Below, piece by piece: positions 41,715 through 51,239 of a stretch of DNA of 64,000 bases. The notes beneath the pieces were generated by a model, which saw only the letters and a program-made list of their open reading frames with translations, did not search any database and was not told where the DNA came from. The position numbers and the translations under genes are program-made. The stretch is from the NCBI GenBank assembly GCA_965277715.1, contig OZ255836.1, positions 896,001 to 960,000 of the forward strand, given 5' to 3'. Source of the DNA: Gammaproteobacteria bacterium. GTDB taxonomy: Bacteria > Pseudomonadota > Gammaproteobacteria > JBCCGL01. Position 1 is the stretch's first letter, and each line of letters starts with the position of its first letter.

Positions 41715-41964
41715 AATCACTTTTAAATAGTCAGTAGCTAAAGATTTACGGGTTATACCAAAAAGTGATATACAACAGATTTTAAGTAAAATTGATTCTT
41801 TATCTGAAAATCCGCGTGCTGAAGGTTGTATTAAGTTATCAGGCAAAGAAAATTATAGAGCCCGGCAAGGGTTGTATCGAATAATATATGAGATAAAAGG
41901 CGGGCTGCTTGTTGTAAATGTCATTAAAGTAGCTCACAGGTAAAATGTTTATAAAAACAACTAA
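41701..41964 (+). pseudogene. RelE/ParE-family toxin with two in-frame stop codons
   Basis: Translates MAKYKITFK*SVAKDLRVIPK...NPRAEGCIKLSGKENYRARQGLYRIIYEI...VIKVAHR*NVYKNN; TAG at 41728 and TAA at 41941. Confidence 0.88.
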
Positions 41965-41984
41965 AGCTTATTAAAGAGAATTTT

Positions 41985-42413
41985 ATGCATATCGATCACG
42001 TTGTAATTTGGGTGAAGAACGCAAAGCGCTCGCTTGAGTTTTTTACAAACACCCTGGGGTTGGAGACCGTTCGGGAAAAAGATTTTTTGGACGGCAAAGC
42101 ACGTTTTCCCAGCGTGCGTATAAATGAAAATACAATCTTTGACATCATGGAGTCTGATGAATTACTTCCGCTTGTTCAGAACTTTACGGGTGGTGAAGCA
42201 GGTATTGGTGGCTACCCAATCAACCATATTTGCCTGTCTATGACGCAAGAGGAATACGAAGCGACAGTCAACCGACTTAATACGTCTGGCGTCAAACTGA
42301 CACCCGGTGGAGAAGACGTTTTCGGCGCACAGGGGCACGCAGTGCGTTCAACTTATTTTAATGATCCAGATGGTAATGTATTTGAAGTCAGGTACTACGC
42401 GAATTGTCAATAA
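41985..42413 (+). CDS. VOC/glyoxalase family protein
   Basis: IDHVVIWV, FPSVRIN, NHICL and YFNDPDGNVFEVRYY. Confidence 0.88.
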   Translation: MHIDHVVIWVKNAKRSLEFFTNTLGLETVREKDFLDGKARFPSVRINENTIFDIMESDELLPLVQNFTGGEAGIGGYPINHICLSMTQEEYEATVNRLNTSGVKLTPGGEDVFGAQGHAVRSTYFNDPDGNVFEVRYYANCQ

Positions 42414-42430
42414 AGGGGGATAAGGGGATT

Positions 42431-42469
42431 GTAGAGCGCAATAAGCAACGGGCATTGCGCCGAACAAAA
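42431..42469 (+). repeat. GTAG-class REP-like element, copy 2
   Basis: GTAGAGCGCAATAAGCAACGGGCATTGCGCCGAACAAAA. Confidence 0.65.
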
Positions 42470-42609
42470 CCAGGGATTATTCCTTTTTGTGGCCAGCTTC
42501 TTTGACATTGGCTGGATTCCAGCCTAAAAAGAGTAGAGTTAGTTGTCAATTGCTTGATGCCTGCCCCGGTAATTGGGGTTTGGTCGTGATAATTCGAGTA
42601 CTCGCAGTA

Positions 42610-42751
42610 TCGCACCCAATTTTGACCATTAATTTAAACGCTCTTTAACAATTCAATAAAATAAATAGGCTACAGAAGTGCTGAATTTCATTGGTGTTTT
42701 TCACCATTTGAAGTTAAGTATTTGTTGTGGATAGTTTTTTTTTATATTCGT
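42610..42751 (+). promoter_or_regulatory. AT-rich CRISPR leader
   Basis: AT-rich segment directly before repeat 1, including CTCTTTAACAATTCAATAAAATAAATAGGCTAC, reminiscent of type I-F leaders; left boundary approximate. Confidence 0.55.
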
Positions 42752-42899
42752 GTTCACTGCCGCACAGGCAGCTTAGAAAGATGTCTGATCGTTATCTATT
42801 TTTGTTTGGAAGTTCACTGCCGCACAGGCAGCTTAGAAAGGCAGCTGGGTCACCCGTGAGCTCGTAAAAAGGTTCACTGCCGCACAGGCAGCTTAGGAA
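42752..42899 (+). CRISPR. Orphan type I-F CRISPR mini-array (3 repeats, 2 spacers)
   Basis: 28-bp repeat GTTCACTGCCGCACAGGCAGCTTAGAAA at 42752, 42812 and 42872 (last copy ends GGAA); two 32-bp spacers; no cas genes in the window. Confidence 0.93.
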
Positions 42900-43105
42900 C
42901 ACTTATGAAATAACTTCCGCTTTTATTATATTATTTCAATAATGTGTTATTTTTTAATAATGCGCTAAAGCCAAATCAGCTATAAGGTAAATTAATATAC
43001 TTATGAATCCCGGAATTTATTTCGTGCACGTTCTTGATATGTATTAACTTGCAACCAATTGTTCCAGAACGCTTTTTTCTGGAACAATTATTGGCTAATA
43101 CACCA

Positions 43106-43147
43106 GACATCATGTATTGACTTGTGTGCAAGTTAATACATGGGGTC
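43106..43147. repeat. 42-bp palindromic repeat, copy 2
   Basis: GACATCATGTATTGACTTGTGTGCAAGTTAATACATGGGGTC; matches 28007-28048. Confidence 0.75.
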
Positions 43148-43209
43148 TAAGCGTATAAAACAATATTTAATCCCTTTTTTATTGATCCACTTAAAATAGA
43201 ACACTCTCT

Positions 43210-43228
43210 ATAGGCTTGGACAGGGCCG
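43210..43228 (+). repeat. Right direct repeat bounding the 2-kb islet
   Basis: 18/19 identical to 41231-41249. Confidence 0.7.
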
Positions 43229-43249
43229 ATTAACAAGCATAGAAGGATG

Positions 43250-44500
43250 CTAACGCTCAAAAATAATACGGCCATTTCTAATGGTCATTAACACATCCGC
43301 AAAGGCGGTTACCTGTTCGCGTGGGTCTGTTGCCATGACCACAACGTCAGCATTAAACCCAGGGGCGATTTGGCCCTGCCTGTCATCCAATTGGTAACGC
43401 TTGGCTGGGGCTGTTGTCAGCGATGCCAGAATATCCCGGTAGTCAAGCCCGGCCAACTGCATCAGCCGGTATTCTTCGGTGGTATCCGGGTCATCCATAT
43501 AACCGACATCGGTACCAAACAGAATCATCACACCAGCGCGTTTAGCGGCGGCCGCCTGGTCGATGGCATTGCGCTCAAGGCGATCAACGAGGCGGGCGGG
43601 TAGTCCTATTCTTTCCAGATCGAACCGGAATAGCTTGAGTGTGGGAATTAGTGATACGCCATGCTCTGCCATCGTCGCTGGCAGGCTTCGGTCCCAGGAG
43701 CCTTTTAATTCGGCGGGGAATGTATGTGCGAGCACATCGACGCCGTTTTCAATGGCGATACGCGCACCGTCGCTATCTGATGGGTGGGCGAACACCAGCG
43801 CACCACTTTTGTGTGCCATATCTGTTGCCGCTCTTATGTGATCGTCTTGCATTAAAACGACGCGGCTCTCCGTGGCCCAGGAACCGGTAAAAAGTTTGAT
43901 GCCATCCAGGCCTTGCTGTAATGCCTGGTGTACCTGTTCACCAGCCTGTTGGTTACTGGTGAACTCGGGAAGCATTACCGGCTTTATATAAAATGGACTG
44001 CCTCCTTTTGGTACAAAACTACCGCCCATTGTGAGAATACCTGGCCCGCGTACTTTTCCGCTCTCTATCAGGTGTTGGATTTGTTGTGTAATGCGAAAAT
44101 CTGAACCTGTATCGACCGTGTTAACAAAGCCCCAGCGCAACAACATATCGTCAAGAAATGTTTGCACAGTCGGCAAGTTGTCCTGCACATGTAAATCAGC
44201 GGAAAACAAATAGTGAACGTGAGAGTTCCAAAACCCTGCTGCAATGAACTTACCGGTGACATCAATACGCGCTGCATCGGAGGGAATAGCAATTTCACCG
44301 CGCCCGCTCACTGCAATAATTTTCCCATTCCCGATAACCACCACAGCAGAATCGAGCGGGGCTGTGTCAGGTGACTGAAAAACAGTGCCACCTTCAAGTA
44401 CCAGTAATTCTGTTTGTGATGAGGCTGTCTGCGCTGTCGCTAGTGAAAACAGCAACAATAAGAGCGGTATCGGTAATCGGGGTGCTTGCTGTGAGCGCAT
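43250..44500 (-). CDS. Exported amidohydrolase family protein
   Basis: Signal peptide; GFWNSHVH, DGIKLFTGS, FAH, VLAH, FGTDVG and GQIAPGFNADVV. Confidence 0.88.
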   Translation of the reverse strand: MRSQQAPRLPIPLLLLLFSLATAQTASSQTELLVLEGGTVFQSPDTAPLDSAVVVIGNGKIIAVSGRGEIAIPSDAARIDVTGKFIAAGFWNSHVHYLFSADLHVQDNLPTVQTFLDDMLLRWGFVNTVDTGSDFRITQQIQHLIESGKVRGPGILTMGGSFVPKGGSPFYIKPVMLPEFTSNQQAGEQVHQALQQGLDGIKLFTGSWATESRVVLMQDDHIRAATDMAHKSGALVFAHPSDSDGARIAIENGVDVLAHTFPAELKGSWDRSLPATMAEHGVSLIPTLKLFRFDLERIGLPARLVDRLERNAIDQAAAAKRAGVMILFGTDVGYMDDPDTTEEYRLMQLAGLDYRDILASLTTAPAKRYQLDDRQGQIAPGFNADVVVMATDPREQVTAFADVLMTIRNGRIIFER

Positions 44501-44577
44501 TTGTCTGCCTCCTGAATTAATGCATTATTAACGATTAACCCGGCTTGTTACTCAAAGAAACCAAGGCGTTTTTGTTA

Positions 44578-45357
44578 TCAGTTAGTGCTATACCCACCAT
44601 CTACCATATAGACCCCACCCGTGCAATAAGCGGCGGCGTCTGAGGCTAAAAATACCGCCAGCCCGGCTATATCGTCAGCGTTACCGGCACGCCCCAGCGG
44701 TATATGTTTTAGGAATCTGTCTAAAATAGCCTCGTTATTCCACAGAGCTTCGCTGAATTTGGTTTTAATCAGGCCAGGGCAAATTGCGTTTACACGAATA
44801 TTATCCGCGCCCCAGTCTTGCGCCATCGCCATGGTCAGGTTGTTGATCGCGGCTTTGCTGACGCTGTAGATACCAATACCCGCTTCAGGCCGGATACCGC
44901 CAATTGAGGCGATGTTGATGATCGACCCACCGCCACGTTGTTTAAGTAGTGGGTAGGCGGCCTTGCACAGCTCAAACGGGCCTTTGAGGTTGACCTCGAT
45001 AATCTTGTCGAAGGCGCGTTCATCGGTGTTTTGAATGGGGCCAAATACCGGGTTGGTGGCGGCGTTGTTGATGATGATGTCGAGACCACCGTAGGTGTGT
45101 ACCGTTGTGTCGATAAGGCGCTGGATGTCTTCCCGGTTACCGGTGTTGGCGGCGATGCCGGTTGCCGTCAGTCCATCGCGTTGGAATGCCTCTGCTACAG
45201 CGTCAACCGATGCCTGTTTGCGACTGCTGATGACCACGTTGGCGCCGAATTCAGCCAGCCCCCGCGCCATTGCCTCCCCAATGCCTTTGCTGGCGCCTGT
45301 GATCAGGGCAACTTTGCCGTCGAGTTGAAATAAGGACTGTATGCTGGTTGTTGGCAT
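44578..45357 (-). CDS. SDR oxidoreductase (DHRS4-like)
   Basis: TGASKGIG, NNAATNPVFG, YSVSK and PGLIKTKFS. Confidence 0.9.
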   Translation of the reverse strand: MPTTSIQSLFQLDGKVALITGASKGIGEAMARGLAEFGANVVISSRKQASVDAVAEAFQRDGLTATGIAANTGNREDIQRLIDTTVHTYGGLDIIINNAATNPVFGPIQNTDERAFDKIIEVNLKGPFELCKAAYPLLKQRGGGSIINIASIGGIRPEAGIGIYSVSKAAINNLTMAMAQDWGADNIRVNAICPGLIKTKFSEALWNNEAILDRFLKHIPLGRAGNADDIAGLAVFLASDAAAYCTGGVYMVDGGYSTN

Positions 45358-45395
45358 GATAGGGGAGACTGTTTCAGTTTGGTTGGCGCCTTGTG

Positions 45396-48197
45396 TCAGT
45401 GGGTATAAATAACCCGCAAGGCAGAAAGTTTTAATGTACTGGTCGACAAACGCATTTCAAGCGCTTCAATTTTTTGTTTTAGCTGTGTTATTTCCCAATC
45501 GCGAATACTGGGGTTATTTTTTTGCAGTGTAATCAATCGGTGTAGTTCTCCATCCAGCTCGCTGTGCATCGCCGCGATACAGGTCGAACGCAAGGTGGGG
45601 AGTTGTTCTTCGGCGCGCTTTTCTATGAGTTGCACTTGTTTTTTCAGGCTTGCCCGCGTCATATCGATCATTTGTAGCGCGGCCTCGCGGTCGATGTTTT
45701 CCAATAAGCCTTCGTAGCTGCTCTCAGGCAGATGCCCAGCGAAGTCTCTGCCGCGTTGATCGAGCAGGCAACGCAGGGCGTTATGTGGCAGGTAGCGCGG
45801 TACCTGGAGCCATGCAGGGGCTGGGCAGTTGGCTTCAAACAGGGCTTCGAGCAAGATGGTGCGGGCGGGCAGTTGTGGCATTTTCAGTGCGCATACGCTC
45901 ACACTGCCACGGTCACCGTTGAGCACCAGGTCGAGGGTGGCGCGCACCATTGGGTGCTCCCAGGTAAGAAACTGCATATCCTCGCGTGCCAGGGCGATGT
46001 CCCGGCGCGTGGTGGCGGTGATGCCATCTTCAGGCAGTTCCGGGAATTGTTCGACTTGCAGGTGATCGCCGGGACGGATAACCCAGCTACCCGCCGAGTG
46101 GTCTTCCATCTCTACACCGTAACAGTCGAATGCGGCTTCGAGGTATTCTGACAGGGCGTCGTTTTGCTCGGTCTTGTCGATGTTTTCGATTAGTGGCTGT
46201 GCGATGTGTTTGCGACAGGCGTTGAGTTCCAGCAGGCGATTGCGGCCCGCATCCAGCTCCGCCATTTTCGCCTGGTGCAGTTGTTTGCAGTGCTGGATAA
46301 AGTTGGCCTCATCGCCAGGTACACCGGCCAGAAAATCATCGAAGCGTTCAGCCATTTGCTGTTTAACGTATTGTCCGGTCACGCAACTTTGCTCAAAGGC
46401 GTCGAGCGCCTGGTGATACCATCGGTATAGGCGGTGGTCGCGGCTGCCCACAGCGGTGGGGACGTGGATGCAGATGTCGCGCTGTTGGCCGATACGGTCG
46501 AGCCGACCGATACGCTGTTCCAACAGATCCGGGTTGTCGGGCAGGTCAAACAGGATGATGTGGTGTAAAAACTGGAAGTTACGCCCCTCGCTGCCTATTT
46601 CAGAACAGATAAGAATGCGTGCCCCTTCCTGCGCATCGGCAAACCAGGCCGCTGCGCGGTCGCGTTCGATAATGCTCATGTGCTGGTGAAATATACTGGC
46701 CTGTAAGCCGTGTTTCTGCAGCAGGTTTTTGGCAAGCGATTGGGTGGTTTTGGCGGTTTGGCAGATTAGCAGCGCTTTGTGGGGCATCAGTGCGCGCAAT
46801 TTCTCTGCTAACCAGGTGGTGCGGGTTTCGTCGCTGTCATCGCTCAAGACAGCGGGCACTAAGCGGCGCTGCGGGAATTGGCTGATGGTGGCGCTGATGT
46901 GGGCGCGTGTGTTGCGAAACAATACGCGCCCGGTGCCGTGCCGGTCGATCAGCGCATCGATCAGGCGTTGGCGCAATAACCCTGCGCTGTTATCGGTGCG
47001 GTTTATTGCCGTGAGGTCAATGATCTCGTTGTCTAATAGACATTGAAGCTGTGTTATTTGTGCGCTGCACAGTGGTTTTTGTCCCAGTAAGGCATCGGCC
47101 AGTTCGGCGGTGGTTTTGTGTTGTTGTTCCTCGGCGAGGAAGCCATCCAATGAGTGAAAACGCGCCGGATCGAGTAAGCGCAGGCGGGCAAAGTGGCCCG
47201 CAGCGCCCAGTTGTTCGGGGGTGGCGGTTAACAGCAACACCGAATCGGCACTATTGGCGAGCGTTTCGATTTGTTGGTATTCGCGACTGCTGTGCTGTGG
47301 TGACCATTGTAGGTGATGGGCTTCGTCGACAATTAACATATCCCAGTTGCATTCCGTCAGCCGTGGGGCAATCGATTCGCGGCAGGCGAAGTCGAGGCCG
47401 CACAATACCAATGGGTGAAGGGCAAAGGGGTTGTCAGTTACGGGGGTGTCATCGAGTAATGCGTCAATGTCCTGCTCATTGGTTTGCCCGTCTGAAAGGG
47501 CATTGTCATCAATCAGTGTGAAACGCAGGTTAAAGCGGCGCAGCAGTTCCACTAACCACTGGTGTAACAGTGGTTCCGGGACGATAACCAGGGCGCGCTG
47601 TATCTTTCCGGTGATCAACAGGCGGTGCAGAATCAGGCCCGCCTCAATTGTTTTGCCCAGCCCCACTTCATCGGCCAGCAGCACGCGGGGGGAGAGTCGC
47701 CGGGACACTTCGTCGGCGATGTAGATTTGATGGGCGAGCAGGTTGACGCGGGGTGCGTGCAGGCCGTAACTGGGTGAGGCTTGTTGTTCCGCCAGGTGGC
47801 GCAGGCTGGCAGCGCGCAATGTGAACCACTGTCTGTCGTCAATTTGACCGGCGAACAGTTTTTCCTGTGGCAGGTTGAAACTGATTTCATCGCACAGTTC
47901 ACACTCGTGCAAGGTGGTTTGCTGTCCCGCTTCGTGCCTGCCGTGATAGCGCAGTGTGCCATTGACGTTTTCGCTGTGAGTAATGTTTAACTTCCAGCCA
48001 TCGACGCTTTGAATAGTATCCCCGGTCACGAACTCGACACGTGTCAGTGGCGCGTTGTCACGGGCATAGGTGCGTATTTCGTCAGCCGCCGGGTATTCGA
48101 TTTGAACGGTACGAAAATCGACCGATTTGACAATGCCCAGGCCGAGCGCGGCATCGTTGTCGCTGACCCAACGCTGGCCGACGGTAAATGTTTGCAT
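45396..48197 (-). CDS. rapA: RNA polymerase-associated protein RapA (SWI2/SNF2)
   Basis: GQRWVSD, LLADEVGLGKTIEAG, DEAHHL, TATPEQLG, CSEIGSEGRNFQF and LEQRIGRLDRIGQ. Confidence 0.95.
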   Translation of the reverse strand: MQTFTVGQRWVSDNDAALGLGIVKSVDFRTVQIEYPAADEIRTYARDNAPLTRVEFVTGDTIQSVDGWKLNITHSENVNGTLRYHGRHEAGQQTTLHECELCDEISFNLPQEKLFAGQIDDRQWFTLRAASLRHLAEQQASPSYGLHAPRVNLLAHQIYIADEVSRRLSPRVLLADEVGLGKTIEAGLILHRLLITGKIQRALVIVPEPLLHQWLVELLRRFNLRFTLIDDNALSDGQTNEQDIDALLDDTPVTDNPFALHPLVLCGLDFACRESIAPRLTECNWDMLIVDEAHHLQWSPQHSSREYQQIETLANSADSVLLLTATPEQLGAAGHFARLRLLDPARFHSLDGFLAEEQQHKTTAELADALLGQKPLCSAQITQLQCLLDNEIIDLTAINRTDNSAGLLRQRLIDALIDRHGTGRVLFRNTRAHISATISQFPQRRLVPAVLSDDSDETRTTWLAEKLRALMPHKALLICQTAKTTQSLAKNLLQKHGLQASIFHQHMSIIERDRAAAWFADAQEGARILICSEIGSEGRNFQFLHHIILFDLPDNPDLLEQRIGRLDRIGQQRDICIHVPTAVGSRDHRLYRWYHQALDAFEQSCVTGQYVKQQMAERFDDFLAGVPGDEANFIQHCKQLHQAKMAELDAGRNRLLELNACRKHIAQPLIENIDKTEQNDALSEYLEAAFDCYGVEMEDHSAGSWVIRPGDHLQVEQFPELPEDGITATTRRDIALAREDMQFLTWEHPMVRATLDLVLNGDRGSVSVCALKMPQLPARTILLEALFEANCPAPAWLQVPRYLPHNALRCLLDQRGRDFAGHLPESSYEGLLENIDREAALQMIDMTRASLKKQVQLIEKRAEEQLPTLRSTCIAAMHSELDGELHRLITLQKNNPSIRDWEITQLKQKIEALEMRLSTSTLKLSALRVIYTH

Positions 48198-48208
48198 AGA
48201 GGGAGAGC

Positions 48209-48721
48209 TTACTTGTCTGTCTTGGTGGGCGTGTGAAAATCGGTTGCATAGAGATGGTAGCCGGTTTTTTGCATACCGAGGGCGGTGTAGGTTTTTTGCG
48301 CACGCTGATTGTCCTGCTCGACGTATAAGCGGATACCGCAGACTTCATCCTGTTCGCTGGCGCGCTGGTGAACAAACTGATAGAGCGATTTAAATACCCC
48401 GTGGCGGCGTGCTGTGGGTTCTACATAGACGCTTTGAATCCACCAGAACAGGCCATCCCGCCAATCACTCCACTCGTAGGTAATCGTCAGGCAGGCGACG
48501 GGGGTGGTATCGGTTGTTTTTGGTTCTGTGTCAGATGTATCCGTCATCTCGGCAACCAGGTAAAAACCGTATTGTGGGGTGTGAAATACGCGCCTTACGC
48601 CCCGGTTAACGGTCGCATTGTGGAGTACTTTATTTTCCGTTTCGAGTGCCATTGCACAGTTGAAGCCGGCGATTATTTGCGCGTCGCGCTCGACGGCATT
48701 GCGTATTTTGATGGTGTTCAT
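48209..48721 (-). CDS. GNAT acetyltransferase
   Basis: MALETE, TYEWSDWRDG.FWWIQSVYV and RLYVE..N..AQ.TY; start overlaps the avtA stop. Confidence 0.85.
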   Translation of the reverse strand: MNTIKIRNAVERDAQIIAGFNCAMALETENKVLHNATVNRGVRRVFHTPQYGFYLVAEMTDTSDTEPKTTDTTPVACLTITYEWSDWRDGLFWWIQSVYVEPTARRHGVFKSLYQFVHQRASEQDEVCGIRLYVEQDNQRAQKTYTALGMQKTGYHLYATDFHTPTKTDK

Positions 48722-49983
48722 ATGGCGCCTCGTGTGTCGTAACTGGCGCGCACTTCCTCGCCAATAATTTTTATGCCTTCGCGCACCGTTTGATCGGATT
48801 GCGAATAGGTGAGGCGAATACACTGGTGTGTGTGTGCCCACTCACTGTCAATACCCGGAAAAAAATACTGACCGGGAATGATGAGTACGCCGCGTTTTTT
48901 TAAACGCTGGTACAGTGTCATGGTGGTGATGGGGAGGTCTTTAAACCACAACCACAAAAATAATGCCCCCTCTGGTTTATGTGTCCACACGGGGTAGCCG
49001 CCCATCGCTTCGCGCACATAGCCAAGGGCTGTTTGTGCTTTGCTCTGGTAAAACGGGCGCACAATGTCGCGGCTTATCTCCAGCATTTCACCGCGCATCA
49101 GTAGCGGTGTTATCAATGCCGCCCCCGCGCTGTTTGGGGAGAGGTTGATAATGGCGTTCAGGGAACTTATCGCCTCGATGATGGGTGTATCGGCGATCAC
49201 GATGCCCGTGCGTAACCCCGGCAGGCCGAGCTTGGAGAGGCTCATGCACATAATGGTGTTTTTATTCCACACGGGTGTGGCATCGGAAAAAATAATATTG
49301 GGGAAGGGCAGGCCATAGGCGTTATCGACAATCAGCGGGATGTTGTGTTGTTGCGCGAGTTGATCCAGCCGTTGCATTTCCTGGTCGGTGAGTACGTTGC
49401 CGGTTGGGTTGGTCGGGCGCGATACACAGATGGCGGCGATGTCATCGCCTATTTCCAGGGTGTCGAAGTCGACACAGTATTTGAAGATATTGTCCGGGTA
49501 ATAGTCAAAGGCAGGTTTGTTGGCGGTGAAGTGTGTGCCTTCGGTGAACGCATCGCTGTAGCCGATGTACTCAGGTGCTAACGGTAAAAGAATTTTTTTG
49601 CTGCTGCCATCGGCGTATTTGCCCGCAAGCAGATTGAACAGGTAGAAAAAAGCGTTCTGGCTACCGTTGGTCAGGGCGATGTTTTCGGGTGATAACCCCC
49701 AGTTGTATTCTCTGTTGAGCAGGGTAATAAGCGCCTCGATAAAGCGCATGTCGCCAGTGGGGGCGTCATAAGTGCCTGCGATGCGGGCAAATGCGCTACG
49801 GTCTTGGGCTATCGCGGCCAGCTCCTGACACAGCAGGGTTTCGATTTCGGGAATGCTGCCTGGGTTACCGCCGCCGAGCATTAATACCGGCTCGCTGCCT
49901 GCCATGGCTTTACCCAGATCCTCCATCAAACTACCGATGCCGGTAGGGCCATTATATTTGTCGCCAAAAGCCGAGAATTGCAT
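48718..49983 (-). CDS. avtA: Valine--pyruvate aminotransferase
   Basis: MQFSAFG.K, MLGGGNP, NIALTNGSQ, PEYIGY, SRPTNPTGN and SLSKLGLPG.RTGI. Confidence 0.93.
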   Translation of the reverse strand: MQFSAFGDKYNGPTGIGSLMEDLGKAMAGSEPVLMLGGGNPGSIPEIETLLCQELAAIAQDRSAFARIAGTYDAPTGDMRFIEALITLLNREYNWGLSPENIALTNGSQNAFFYLFNLLAGKYADGSSKKILLPLAPEYIGYSDAFTEGTHFTANKPAFDYYPDNIFKYCVDFDTLEIGDDIAAICVSRPTNPTGNVLTDQEMQRLDQLAQQHNIPLIVDNAYGLPFPNIIFSDATPVWNKNTIMCMSLSKLGLPGLRTGIVIADTPIIEAISSLNAIINLSPNSAGAALITPLLMRGEMLEISRDIVRPFYQSKAQTALGYVREAMGGYPVWTHKPEGALFLWLWFKDLPITTMTLYQRLKKRGVLIIPGQYFFPGIDSEWAHTHQCIRLTYSQSDQTVREGIKIIGEEVRASYDTRGAI

Positions 49984-50139
49984 GATGAGTCTATGTTGCG
50001 GAAAACCGGAATTGTAACCGATTTGTTTTTCCCGTAGAGACACGATTTAGTGTCTCTGCATCAACCGCCGCTCACCTCGGTTGCAGTCCAGGTCAGTTAC
50101 AACCCAGGCCAGTTATAACCCGGGCAGTAACAGTTTGGT

Positions 50140-51060
50140 TCAATCGCAGACAGGGTGTTTAATGTCGGCTCGCCTGACTTTGGCAACAAATGCATCGGCA
50201 GGTAGCAGGTAGCCATCTTTTCGCAATTGTTTAAGCCAATCCCGCGCTTTAGCCGCAGTAGGGAAGACGCCGGAGAATGCCGCATAATTGCCAGGGAAGC
50301 CCTGGTATATCCAGCTTTTGTCACCTGCCGTGCCCGCAATTTTTCGGATGGCGGACAGCTTGTGGTGGACAGCCAGTTGCACTGCATAGGCGTATGCGAC
50401 ACCCACCCCCAGAAGGTCGCATTCGTGTGCTGTATCCTGTGCCCCGTCGTCGGGTTCAGGGTTATCAGGTTCTATAGTGACAACGGGCTGTACTGTTTGC
50501 TGTTGCTCGTCAGTGGCCGTTTCATCCGGTACTGGTACGGGTTCGGGTTTTTCCCCGCCTGTCTCAACGTGACTCACCGTACTGTAATTTTTCGTATCAT
50601 CCAATACCGGTTTTTTGCTGGTATAGGTATCTATCAGCATGGATTCCCGCACAATATGCCAATCGCCATCAATTTGCTGCCATTCATATTGCCTGCGGCT
50701 AACCTTGACACTATTACCACTGTCAGGACGTTGTAATATTGCCCGTATGCATTGGTTTTGCGGTGTTGTACAAACGTATGGAAAGAATTCAAAAATCTCG
50801 AGTTGCCATTTCTTTTGGTTTATTTCGGCAGCCAGGGTTTCTTTCCAGGTGGTGTAGTCCATTGTGTTTATCGGTGATCGCCCAGGTGTATAAATAGAGA
50901 GCACACCCTCCAGATCAGATGCTGCCCAATAGGCATTTAACTCAGCTATTTTCTGCTTTATAGATGTTTCCCTGCCGTCTGTCTCTTGTGCGTGTATTGG
51001 TGGGCACAGGAGCATACTCAACAGTAGTAGGATTTTCGTTAAGGTGTTTAAATGACTCAT
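50140..51060 (-). CDS. Hypothetical exported protein: NTF2-like domain, Pro/acidic linker and SPOR-like domain
   Basis: Signal peptide; W...DLEG.LS.Y...W....GDWHIVRE; C-terminal YAVQL...G.FPT...A......L......DAFV; start uncertain (51060 or 51096). Confidence 0.6.
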   Translation of the reverse strand: MSHLNTLTKILLLLSMLLCPPIHAQETDGRETSIKQKIAELNAYWAASDLEGVLSIYTPGRSPINTMDYTTWKETLAAEINQKKWQLEIFEFFPYVCTTPQNQCIRAILQRPDSGNSVKVSRRQYEWQQIDGDWHIVRESMLIDTYTSKKPVLDDTKNYSTVSHVETGGEKPEPVPVPDETATDEQQQTVQPVVTIEPDNPEPDDGAQDTAHECDLLGVGVAYAYAVQLAVHHKLSAIRKIAGTAGDKSWIYQGFPGNYAAFSGVFPTAAKARDWLKQLRKDGYLLPADAFVAKVRRADIKHPVCD

Positions 51061-51239
51061 AGTTTTTTGATTTTGCATCCCGTGCCTCTTATACATTTCG
51101 GTTCAATATAATTACTTCGATGGTAGCCGTGAAGGTATCATTTTTCATTGGCTTTGTTAAACCTAAAATTAAACAGCCAATTGAAACTGACTATTAGTAA
51201 ACTGACCGTTAGGTTTAAGTGTGTTTCTCTCAAAATTCG

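Noticed and set aside
41440-42430. TA and VOC genes as integron cassettes
   Set aside because: No convincing attC (RYYYAAC...GTTRRRY with inner boxes) and no integrase in the window.
42780-42871. Self-targeting by CRISPR spacers (GTCACCCGTGA in aroA near 7057; TAACGATCAG near 16481)
   Set aside because: Only 10-11 nt matches, which are expected by chance in 64 kb; no extended protospacer was seen.
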